From assembly GCA_041565275.1 (NCBI GenBank), contig JBFGVE010000003.1:1-60529 (forward strand): a stretch of 60,529 nucleotides of DNA, read 5' to 3'. Position 1 is the stretch's first letter, and each line of letters begins with the position of its first letter. Made by a program: the position numbers and the translations under genes. The DNA is from Bacteroidia bacterium (GTDB taxonomy: Bacteria; Bacteroidota; Bacteroidia; J057; JADKCL01). Below, in pieces: positions 1-8,364 of the stretch. Below the pieces are notes generated by a model. It saw only the letters and a list, made by a program, of their open reading frames with translations, made no database searches and was not told where the DNA came from.

Positions 1-221
1 CCAGAATCAAATATATTGAACCAGTCCGGTATTGGGTATCGACGGAAACATTTTGAACGTAGCTACACCCTTCATCATCCACAATCTTTTTCCATTCGGC
101 CATTCACAGGATTGGAATTGGCGATGGAAAAGGAGGCATCCTAAACCTACCTTGGTGTGCTTAGCCTAGATCATAAATCCACCTTTTCAGAGGGTATAAT
201 GCATTCCTTACCGCTAACGGG

Positions 222-509
222 TAGTATTTTGATCTCCACTGAGTTGTCCTGCAGCCACCACTAAATTGTCCTCTGAGGATCACTGGATTGTGCTCCGACC
301 ACCTCCGAATCGTAATTTGAACACAACTGAGATGTGTTCCAGCCATCCTCCGAATTGTACCCAGACTGCCACATGGTCGTACTACAACCACCCCCAGAAT
401 TACACTTTGACCACAACTGAGTTGTACCCAGACCACCCCCAAATTGACCTCCGACCACCCCCAAATTGAATTCAGGCCACCCCCGAATGGTACTTTGAAT
501 ACTGTCTTA
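222..509. repeat. Degenerate 22-bp tandem repeat array (13 units) with ~88-90-bp higher-order period
   Basis: Units start at 222,244,266,288,310,332,355,377,400,422,444,466,488 (11 of 22 bp, 2 of 23 bp). Common unit e.g. TTGTACCCAGACCACCCCCAAA (422-443). Every fourth unit (222,310,400,488) is a distinct variant with TTTGA, and the first three of these end in ACTGAG. Confidence 0.85.
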
Positions 510-680
510 TCCCCTTTTGCAAGATTATAAGGAGATCCAAGGACAGGGCAATCGGTATTTTCATTGCTATTTAACCTTATTCGATAAAAGCCAGATTACT
601 CACAGTATTTGCAAAGTATCCGGTTTAGATCGTCCGAGGTGTTGACTCCCAGTTGTTTCTGGTCATTCAGCCGTATCAAT

Positions 681-712
681 CTTGAGAAACCCATCATTCT
701 TCTTTAACTTCA
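681..712 (+). promoter_or_regulatory. Putative Bacteroidota sigma70-type promoter for the small lipoprotein
   Basis: CTTG (681-684), 20-nt spacer, TAACTTCA (705-712), resembling TTTG-N19-21-TAnnTTTG; 19 nt before ATG 732. Confidence 0.45.
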
Positions 713-731
713 GTTCCTCAATACAATCAAC

Positions 732-863
732 ATGAAGAAATTATTTGGGTTTTGCTTGATCATTATCCTACTCCTTGGGTTTGTAAGTTGCGCAGGTGCA
801 AACAAGCATCACGGCTATACTAGCAAATACCCTTGCCACCAAAAGCATCCTTGTGACCACTAG
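732..863 (+). CDS. 43-aa predicted lipoprotein with His/Cys-rich mature peptide (absent from ORF track, <60 aa)
   Basis: Hand translation: MKKLFGFCLIIILLLGFVSCAGANKHHGYTSKYPCHQKHPCDH*. MKK start, hydrophobic core, lipobox FVS-C20, promoter-like motif and A-rich leader upstream. Confidence 0.7.
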   Translation: MKKLFGFCLIIILLLGFVSCAGANKHHGYTSKYPCHQKHPCDH

Positions 864-931
864 ATAGAGTAATGATATTGGAAATATACTATTGATACAG
901 AGGTCCGGGCTCCGCTCCACTCAGTCTTTTT

Positions 932-1135
932 CTTGACCTTCCGGAACTTTTCTAATTTCTTCCAGTTCTGCTTGGGCCAGGAAGGTTAAGCAATCGCATG
1001 AAACTGCTTTAAAAAAGTTCAGAGGAAAGAGGGTTAAGAAAGCAGTTTGATTGTAAGTGATCAGAACTTTTTGGATTGGCAGGTGTTAGTCAAAAAGCTA
1101 TGTCTTATTATACCCGAATATGAAGGTGGGTATAA
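932..1135. repeat. Cluster of intergenic inverted repeats
   Basis: 932-942/980-990 (10 of 11, one G-U); AAACTGCTTT 1001-1010/1039-1048 (perfect); AAAAAGTTC 1012-1020/1064-1072 (perfect); TTATACCC 1108-1115/1128-1135 (perfect). Confidence 0.6.
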
Positions 1136-1162
1136 ACGAAGATAGCCAACCGGGGTAGGGCA

Positions 1163-2476
1163 ATGGATTTAGATTACCATAACATATTCCAAATAGCAAG
1201 CGACTATCACAGCGAAGGGGAGCACCACAAAGCCTTTGTGGAGGTGCAAAAGCTAGTGGAATATCCCGGCGAAATGAATATCGAAGACAGTTGGGCTGAA
1301 GTATGGCAATTATTCGGATCTATCGCTGGTGCCATGGGGTTCGAAAAGTTAAGTCACCTTGCGATCAAGGCTAGCGATCAGCCTCACAATGTACAACTTC
1401 TTTATTGCCTTGGATATGAGCTGATTGAAGTGAACCTTCCAATGGTGGCAGCTACTCCTTTGAACCAAGCTCACCTGATGAATCCCGACAACGAGGCAGT
1501 TCTGACAGAACTTTGTACTGCATTCGAAAACGCTGGACAGTATAACTTAGCTTACATGCATTTATCCTGTGCAACGCAGATTTTGAAAAGCAGCTTTATG
1601 TGTCGCTATTTGTTGGCATTCAACGGAATTATGTCTGGACATCTGGAGGAAGGGAGAGCGATCTATCCAAGTCTTTCTGAACCACCAGATGAGAATTACG
1701 ACTTCATGCGTGACCGGATTGGTAAGATCATTGAACGCGCTGACAAATTGGTTGACATTACGGACTTAGATTCCCACGACTTAAGGGGCTGGCACTATGT
1801 CTTGACCGGAGGTACATTATTGCACCTGTCGCCTTATGGATTTGACGGTCCCATGCGAGGGCGATATTGCTATGTCCAGGATTCCTTCAGCCTAATTCGT
1901 GAAGGTGTAGAAAGAGTTCGGGCATGTTTGCATACTTGGGGTCTACAACCTGAAACGGTGGTCTACTTTCCAGATAAGCACAGTGAAATTCTGGCCAGGG
2001 CATTTGCAAGCCTGGAAGGGGCAAAAATTCAGCCTTGGTCAGAAGGCCAAAAAGTTCCAGGGGCCCCTATTCTATACATTGCTTATGACCTCAATCTTAC
2101 CTCATCTGAATTTATCCGGGGCCTGTTGGAACGAAAGCCCAAGCAATTTCTCTGGGGACACGCCCTGAATTGGGTGGAGGATTCTCCTATTACGGCGGAT
2201 TTCACAACCTTTATGTACCAATTCAACCTAGCTCCTTGGGAAGATGGAGTTGTTGCTATTGATCCCGTAACCCAAGTGCAAAAAGTTACCGAAGACAACC
2301 CTTCTCCAGCATCTGAACTGGCCGAACAAATCCTAAAGACCCAAATCGATGACAACCTTGTAGATGAAATGGAGGCGTTTTTGTCCTTTATCCATGCCAC
2401 TGGTCCTCCCCCCACTAACATTTGTCGAGAAAAATACTTCCAAGGCTCTCCTGTCATTAGCAACCGAATGAATTAA
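1163..2476 (+). CDS. TPR-like helical repeat protein with conserved-looking C-terminal alpha/beta domain, function unknown
   Basis: 437-aa ORF. N-half TPR-like (LLYCLGYELIE, LNQAHLMNPDN); C-half motif RGWHYVLTGGTLLHLSPYGF. Confidence 0.6.
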   Translation: MDLDYHNIFQIASDYHSEGEHHKAFVEVQKLVEYPGEMNIEDSWAEVWQLFGSIAGAMGFEKLSHLAIKASDQPHNVQLLYCLGYELIEVNLPMVAATPLNQAHLMNPDNEAVLTELCTAFENAGQYNLAYMHLSCATQILKSSFMCRYLLAFNGIMSGHLEEGRAIYPSLSEPPDENYDFMRDRIGKIIERADKLVDITDLDSHDLRGWHYVLTGGTLLHLSPYGFDGPMRGRYCYVQDSFSLIREGVERVRACLHTWGLQPETVVYFPDKHSEILARAFASLEGAKIQPWSEGQKVPGAPILYIAYDLNLTSSEFIRGLLERKPKQFLWGHALNWVEDSPITADFTTFMYQFNLAPWEDGVVAIDPVTQVQKVTEDNPSPASELAEQILKTQIDDNLVDEMEAFLSFIHATGPPPTNICREKYFQGSPVISNRMN

Positions 2477-2562
2477 TTTAAATCCATTACCCCGGGTTCA
2501 AGTTGGCAAACAGAAGAGCATTCCTACTTTGATAAGGCAGGTTGATTTTCCAACTTTGCTCT

Positions 2563-3837
2563 ATGGGATTGCCTCTAACGAAAAAGCTTAAACGAAACGG
2601 AATAATCATTATTTCCCTCCTCGGAGCTTTGTTATTGGTGATGACATTTATGAAAATGTCTCGTTTGACTCCAAATCCGAGATCCAGGGTCATCACGGTA
2701 GAGCGTTTGGTGGACTCGTGGACCTGGTCCCATATGAATCCCACCGATACCACCACCTTTAGTTTGTCGAATGATATGGTTAAGGTTGGAGATCGGTATT
2801 ATTCTAGTAAACCGCCACTGTACCCTCTTTTAATGGCAGGCGAGGCTCTCCTGATCAGCAAGTTGACAGGAACTGAGTTTCATGATTTCAAAGTTGATTA
2901 TTTGCGGATACTAGTCATCCTGAACCAAGTACTACCATATTTACTGATGCTCTGGTGCATCTGGCTTTTTTTGCTGAAGTACGTTAGAAGTGAATGGACC
3001 GCATATTATATGCTGTTTGCTTTGAGTATTGGGATGTTGTCATTCGGTTATTCAGTCACGATCAACAATCATACGCCTTCCGCTATATTATATGTGTTCA
3101 TCTTTTTGCTTTGGGAAAAAATCTCCCAGCAGGATAAGGATGAATGGTGGCGGTTTATCTTACTTGGAGGAGCATGTGGATTTGCCTTTGCGATCGAACT
3201 CCCAAGTGGGGGCATTGCTGCATGGTTTTTGATTTTAAGCCTGTCGAAAAATTGGAAAAAAGGAATCCTTGCGGTTTTGACAGCCTTGGTTCCAGTTCTG
3301 ATCAGTATGGTAATCTATAAGAACCTGTCGGGAGTTTGGAAACCATTCTATCTTCAATCGGAGTTGTATCGCTTCGAAGGTAGCTATTGGAATAATCCTG
3401 CAGACCTTGATGCAATTCACCCTGACAAGTGGATTTATTTCTTCCACATGTTTTTGGGCTTTCGAGGATTGTTTTCAATGACACCGATTCTCCTACTGGG
3501 CTTGGTAAGCTATTTTCGGCACATTTTGGGGATGGGTAAATTCTTCCGTAAAGAATTTACCGGGATCATGGCCGGAATATTCTTTTTGGTCCTCTTCATC
3601 ATTTTTCGATCCTGGAATTATGGTGGTAACTGCATTGGAATGCGTTGGTTCATTTGCTTTATGCCTTTGATGATGCTAATGGCCACCCCCCTGGTAGACA
3701 AGTTAAGTGAGAAAGCGGTGGGAAGGGTAGGGATGGTATTTTTACTTCTTTGGTCTATTCCCTGGAATTTAGAGGCACTCTATGAGGAGGCTTACATAAC
3801 AGGCCTTTTTGAGCGAATGTGGGACTCGATGTTCTGA
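2563..3837 (+). CDS. Polytopic membrane protein, GT-C/PMT-like glycosyltransferase candidate
   Basis: About 10 hydrophobic segments, extracytoplasmic loop SRVITVERLVD...YYSSKPPLYPLL, late loop GMRWFICFMP. ATG 2563 preferred over TTG 2542. Confidence 0.55.
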   Translation: MGLPLTKKLKRNGIIIISLLGALLLVMTFMKMSRLTPNPRSRVITVERLVDSWTWSHMNPTDTTTFSLSNDMVKVGDRYYSSKPPLYPLLMAGEALLISKLTGTEFHDFKVDYLRILVILNQVLPYLLMLWCIWLFLLKYVRSEWTAYYMLFALSIGMLSFGYSVTINNHTPSAILYVFIFLLWEKISQQDKDEWWRFILLGGACGFAFAIELPSGGIAAWFLILSLSKNWKKGILAVLTALVPVLISMVIYKNLSGVWKPFYLQSELYRFEGSYWNNPADLDAIHPDKWIYFFHMFLGFRGLFSMTPILLLGLVSYFRHILGMGKFFRKEFTGIMAGIFFLVLFIIFRSWNYGGNCIGMRWFICFMPLMMLMATPLVDKLSEKAVGRVGMVFLLLWSIPWNLEALYEEAYITGLFERMWDSMF

Positions 3838-3870
3838 GAAATGAAAATTTAGATATCGATTAGATCAGAT

Positions 3871-5454
3871 ATGATTTTGCTTTTTGTTTTCAATTTTGGC
3901 TCTAGGTGCTTGCCAGTATTGATTCTGTTTCTACATGTGGGAGTGACAGGCGGCCTCGTTGAGGCAGCTAATTTTGTGCCAAGTCCCTTAACAAGTGGAC
4001 TGAAGCCTCTGGTGGACCTGACCGGAAAGTGGAGTTCTGTGAAAGGTGGAATAGAGGTGCCATTCATTGATATGGAGGCCACCGAAATCCAGTTAAGTAG
4101 ATGGATCATACTGCCTGAGGATCAAGATCCGGACAGGCAGCTATATCTGTATTTAGAAGGCTTGGCATGGACCTCAGAGATTTATTGGAATGATCAACTA
4201 CTGAAGGTTTCCCAAGATCCTTTTGCAGAACATCTTTTGCCAATTGACTACGACTGGATCCATCCAACGGGAGATCAGTTAAGAATTCATCTTTCACTTG
4301 AAGGGACAGACTACTCCCTGTATCCTGAGCACTTTTTAGGAATTCATAGAGCGGTTTTCATCTTGGAAAAGGATACCGCGCAATTTCAACTGTCATATCC
4401 TGAAGTAGTATCATATGCTTCAAAGGCTGTTGTTCTTGCTCCGTGGCAAGAAAAGAACGCGGTTTTAAATGATACCGAAGTTTTCAGCAGATACACCAAT
4501 GGGCTGTTTGCCATTCCTAAGAACATACCAGTTTGTCTGCCCTTTCGACCTTCCAACGCTGCCCTGAAGATATTGGCTGAATCAGGTATCCCCATCCTGC
4601 TTTCAGCAGAGGGAGCGGACAGCTTAGCCTTTTATAATTATTATCCCTTGGCGTGCAAGCCTAAAACTCTCTTTCCTGAATTTTGGCGAGGTCCTGACCT
4701 CCGCCCCGGAAAAGAATATGGAAGTTTCCAGGGTTGGAAGGAACTGAGGATGCCCAAAGTGAAAGACCCGGACCACTTAACATTACTTTGCTTACTCTTG
4801 TTGCCTGTTTTTGGAATGCTGGCGATCCGGATCGGCATCCCCAGAGTTTATGAAAGCCTTCCCGAGTACCTCAGTAAGACACAGATCTATCTAGAACTGA
4901 TCGGAAACAATAAATATCTAAAAACTGGACAGCGGTTCTTGATGAACTTTGTGAGAATTATCTTGACAGGAGTCACAATCTCTCTATTCTTATATTATTT
5001 GAACTTGTCGGGAATTCTTGAAAGACTCAGCGTTTTGTCGGAAGAATCCTTCTTGTACCAAGTGCTGTCAGGGTCTTCCTTTTCCGCACTGGAAATTATG
5101 GGGCTATCCATTTTTGTTCTTCTGATAGTCAATACACTGAAGTATATGCTTTTGAATGTGGCAGGCAGTGTTTTTCGTTTAAACAACTTTTCGCCAACCA
5201 TTCAGTCATTGGATATTTTTGCCTCTTTTCCGTTGAATATATTGCCACTGCTTCCATTGATATTTATCTCTTTCGCTGATGTAAGAGTGGGCGAGGTCCT
5301 GTTGATTATTTGGTATATCTTCCTTTTTATCTATCTGATCAGGCGTTTCATTTTGATCTATACCGGATTGACCCGGCTGTTCTCTTTTCCTACGAGTTTG
5401 AAATTTTTGTATATTTGTTTCCTTGAAATTTTACCCTGGATTTTACTCCTATAG
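3871..5454 (+). CDS. GH2-type sugar-binding module fused to C-terminal DUF4271-like membrane domain
   Basis: DLTGKW...LYLYLEGLAWTSEIYWNDQLL...LGIHRAVFI matches the GH2 N-terminal jelly-roll pattern. The C-terminal multi-TM domain ends FLYICFLEILPWILLL, and DUF4271 commonly lies next to hemD in Bacteroidota. Confidence 0.6.
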   Translation: MILLFVFNFGSRCLPVLILFLHVGVTGGLVEAANFVPSPLTSGLKPLVDLTGKWSSVKGGIEVPFIDMEATEIQLSRWIILPEDQDPDRQLYLYLEGLAWTSEIYWNDQLLKVSQDPFAEHLLPIDYDWIHPTGDQLRIHLSLEGTDYSLYPEHFLGIHRAVFILEKDTAQFQLSYPEVVSYASKAVVLAPWQEKNAVLNDTEVFSRYTNGLFAIPKNIPVCLPFRPSNAALKILAESGIPILLSAEGADSLAFYNYYPLACKPKTLFPEFWRGPDLRPGKEYGSFQGWKELRMPKVKDPDHLTLLCLLLLPVFGMLAIRIGIPRVYESLPEYLSKTQIYLELIGNNKYLKTGQRFLMNFVRIILTGVTISLFLYYLNLSGILERLSVLSEESFLYQVLSGSSFSALEIMGLSIFVLLIVNTLKYMLLNVAGSVFRLNNFSPTIQSLDIFASFPLNILPLLPLIFISFADVRVGEVLLIIWYIFLFIYLIRRFILIYTGLTRLFSFPTSLKFLYICFLEILPWILLL

Positions 5455-5463
5455 AGGTATTCT

Positions 5464-6369
5464 ATGACTGTGCGGATTGGTACACGTGGAAGCAAACTTG
5501 CTTTGTGGCAAGCACACAAGGTAAAGCGCATCCTTGAGGGAGTTGGTTTGTCTACAGAGTTGATCCAATACAAGACTACGGGAGATATTCGCACCGACAC
5601 GGCACTGCATAATCTGGGAGAACGAGGCATTTTTACAAAAATCCTTGACGAAGCCCTGATAAACGGTGAAATTGAAATTGCCGTACATAGTTCGAAGGAT
5701 GTGCCTTCTAAAGTTCCGGAAGGTTTGGATCTGATCGCTTTTATGAAGCGTGAAGATCCGCGCGATGTACTTGTTGCTATTGATGAAGCCGTAGATTTGG
5801 ACAACCTGAATTCTACTTTGGTGATCGGAACATCTTCACTACGGCGACAATCACTTCTTATGCATTATTCTCCTCATTGTAAGGTGAAGGTGATTCGTGG
5901 AAATGTGGACACCCGAATTTTGAAACTCAAAGATGGGGCATACGATGCGCTCATCTTGGCTTACGCAGGTGTGAAAAGGATGGGATATCTTGATCTGGTC
6001 CGAAGAAAGTTGAATGTAAACACCTTTACCCCAGCCGTAGGGCAAGGCTCAATCGGAATTATGGGAAGTATTGAAGGGACTGGTTTGAACCAGGTACGAG
6101 AGGCTCTAAACCACAAGGAAACAGAGTTAGCTATTTCAGCCGAGCGAGCCTTTCTTCGTAAACTTGAAGGAGGCTGTCACACTCCTATTTTTGCTCTTGC
6201 CACGGTTATGGGAGAATCTCTTAGTTTACAGGGAGGATTGGGTTCCATTGATGGCAGTGTGATTATGCGTGAAAGTATTGAAGGGCATACCTCCCAGGCT
6301 AAGGCCCTTGGAAATCGCCTTGCTGAATCTTTATTATCTAAAGGGGCTACCGAAATATTAAATGGGTAA
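5464..6369 (+). CDS. hemC: Hydroxymethylbilane synthase (porphobilinogen deaminase)
   Basis: RIGTRGSKLALWQA, KTTGD, GIFTK, VHSSKD, REDPRD, IGTSSLRR, IRGNVDTR, AVGQG, ERAFLRKLEGGCHTPI. Confidence 0.97.
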   Translation: MTVRIGTRGSKLALWQAHKVKRILEGVGLSTELIQYKTTGDIRTDTALHNLGERGIFTKILDEALINGEIEIAVHSSKDVPSKVPEGLDLIAFMKREDPRDVLVAIDEAVDLDNLNSTLVIGTSSLRRQSLLMHYSPHCKVKVIRGNVDTRILKLKDGAYDALILAYAGVKRMGYLDLVRRKLNVNTFTPAVGQGSIGIMGSIEGTGLNQVREALNHKETELAISAERAFLRKLEGGCHTPIFALATVMGESLSLQGGLGSIDGSVIMRESIEGHTSQAKALGNRLAESLLSKGATEILNG

Positions 6370-7108
6370 ACAGGTCAATTCTATTTTGATTTCTCAGCCT
6401 TATCCATCGGATGAGAATTCACCATATTTTAAGCTTGCAAAGGAATGGGGGTTAAGGATCGATTTTCGCAAGTTTATTCAAATCGAGGGCATTTCTGTGA
6501 ATGAGTTCCGGAAGCAAAATATTAATCCTCTCGATTTTACTGCAATCATATTTACCAGCAAATATGCCATAGATCATTTCTTCAATTTGTTGTCTGAAGT
6601 CAAGATAGAACTCCCACCCGACATGAGATACTTCTGTGTTAGTGAGGCTACCGCAAGGTATCTACAAAAGCACATTACGGTCCGAAAGCGTAAACTTTTC
6701 GTTGGATCCAGGACTTCAAAAGACCTGATCGACGTGGTGAAGAAAAAGAAAGATGAAAAGTTCCTGTTCCCTTGCAGTTCCATTCACACCCGTCATTTGA
6801 CAGACTGGATGGAAGCGAACGGATATGACTTAACCAAGGTCGTTATCTATAATACTGTCCCAAGTGACCTTTCGGACCTTCGGGAAGTTTTTTATGATAT
6901 GATATGTTTCTATTCACCTTCAGGTGTAGAATCCCTGCTCAAGAACTTTTCTGACTTTGAGCAGAACGATACCATAATCGCTGCCTTTGGCCCTACGACT
7001 GCTAAAGCAGTAAAGGATGCAGGTTTAAGAGTTGATATTCAGGCTCCCAAACCAAGTATGCCATCCATGATTTCAGCGATCGAAGCATATCTCAAGCAGA
7101 ATCCATAA
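6362..7108 (+). CDS. hemD: Uroporphyrinogen-III synthase
   Basis: ILISQP, AIIFTSKYAIDHFF, FYSPSGVESL, AAFGPTTAKAV; overlaps hemC by 8 nt. Confidence 0.9.
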   Translation: MGKQVNSILISQPYPSDENSPYFKLAKEWGLRIDFRKFIQIEGISVNEFRKQNINPLDFTAIIFTSKYAIDHFFNLLSEVKIELPPDMRYFCVSEATARYLQKHITVRKRKLFVGSRTSKDLIDVVKKKKDEKFLFPCSSIHTRHLTDWMEANGYDLTKVVIYNTVPSDLSDLREVFYDMICFYSPSGVESLLKNFSDFEQNDTIIAAFGPTTAKAVKDAGLRVDIQAPKPSMPSMISAIEAYLKQNP

Positions 7109-7167
7109 TTTGTTTCTTAAAAGAAATATTTTCAATTTTAGTTCCTGGATATTTTCAGATTACTTAG

Positions 7168-8154
7168 ATGAAGAGTTTTATTATCGGAATCTTCCTGGTC
7201 GTCCTCCTAGCACCTAACGTTAAGGCGCAACAGGACAGCCAGTTCTCTATGTACATGTTTAACCGCTATGTATTGAATCCAGCCTATGCTGGGGCTTTAG
7301 AAGCGACAAATGTCACTGCTCTCGGTCGTGCACAATGGGTTGGGATTTCAGGTTCCCCCAACACTGCCACCTTGAGTGTCAACGGCTATTTACGAAAACT
7401 ACACGGGGGCTTGGGTGCCTATGTTGTCAGTGACCGGCTTGGGTCGTGGAGTACCTTAGGGATCAAGGCATCTTATGCTTACGTTGCAAATCTCTCTGAA
7501 CGAGCCAAGTTGAATATTGGCGTAGGTGGTGGAATTTATCAGAAGCAGTTGGATGGCACAAATTTTGTCTATAATCAGGACAATGGTATCGACCCTGCTC
7601 TGCCTACAGGAATTAACAACCAATTGGTTCCTGATTTGGATGCAGGGGTTTACTTCCATCTTTTGCGGAAGAACAATACTTCCAGTGCGTACCCACAAGA
7701 TGCGTTTTTTGTTGGTGCTTCTGTCGGACATATCCTAGAGCCGCAGCTAAATGATCTAGTGATGGCCGGATCCAACCAGACTGATCTCTCCCGGAGTATT
7801 TCCGGAATGCTTGGTGCTTCCATTGATTTATCACCTACTGTAGTTCTGGCTCCCAGTGCAAACTTTCGTTTGACGGGGCCTACCTATCAGTTTGATATCA
7901 ATGCGAACCTCTACGTCAGCCCCATGATGTTTGGTGTTTCTCATCGCTGGAAAGACTCCTTTACTGGGATTGTAGGTTTTTATGCCTCCACTTATCTGTT
8001 CATGGCATACTCCTATGATTACACTACATCACAGTTGGGAAGCTTTACCACCGGATCTCACGAACTTTTGGTTTCTTACACTTTTCCGTCCAAGTATAAG
8101 AATCTTGCCCCTAAGCGGGGTACACGCACCTTGAACATCAATGATGTTTTCTAG
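7168..8154 (+). CDS. porP: Type IX secretion system membrane protein, PorP/SprF family
   Basis: AQQDSQFSMYMFNRYVLNPAYAG, QWVGISGSP, YSYDYTTSQLG...GSHEL; upstream of gldK. Confidence 0.92.
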   Translation: MKSFIIGIFLVVLLAPNVKAQQDSQFSMYMFNRYVLNPAYAGALEATNVTALGRAQWVGISGSPNTATLSVNGYLRKLHGGLGAYVVSDRLGSWSTLGIKASYAYVANLSERAKLNIGVGGGIYQKQLDGTNFVYNQDNGIDPALPTGINNQLVPDLDAGVYFHLLRKNNTSSAYPQDAFFVGASVGHILEPQLNDLVMAGSNQTDLSRSISGMLGASIDLSPTVVLAPSANFRLTGPTYQFDINANLYVSPMMFGVSHRWKDSFTGIVGFYASTYLFMAYSYDYTTSQLGSFTTGSHELLVSYTFPSKYKNLAPKRGTRTLNINDVF

Positions 8155-8314
8155 ATTAAAATATTAATAAGGAAGAAATATTCGTGAAAATTCCCCCAAA
8201 AGTGTAACCCAAAAGTGTTGTGTTTAGTAGGTCATAATTCCTGAAGGCATATGTCGTTGAATTGTGGAGGTCTCTGTAACAGGCCAACAGGTTTTTAAAT
8301 TGAGTGACAATTGT

Positions 8315-8322
8315 TAGATTTG
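8315..8322 (+). promoter_or_regulatory. Putative -7 promoter element for gldKLMN
   Basis: TAGATTTG matches TAnnTTTG exactly, 42 nt before gldK ATG; no well-spaced -33 TTTG found. Confidence 0.4.
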
Positions 8323-8364
8323 AGAGCAATAGGTGAATTTGGATTGTATAATATTTAGTCTGCT

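Noticed and set aside
1-144. Open frame at the left edge (PESNILNQ...MEKEAS*)
   Set aside because: Could be a gene 3' end, but no recognisable motif and no way to choose among frames without upstream sequence.
161-469. Three short ORFs (161-442 -, 261-464 -, 266-469 +) over the repeat array
   Set aside because: The 22-bp period shifts frame each unit, there is no coherent protein repeat or family signal, and all three overlap; best explained as by-products of a stop-poor repeat.
222-509. CRISPR array interpretation
   Set aside because: No constant repeat alternating with unique 30-40-bp spacers, and no cas genes in the window.
510-730. Possible istB (IS21) remnant on the minus strand next to the repeat array
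   Set aside because: Only a faint YRIxL resemblance with wrong spacing; not supportable without BLASTX.
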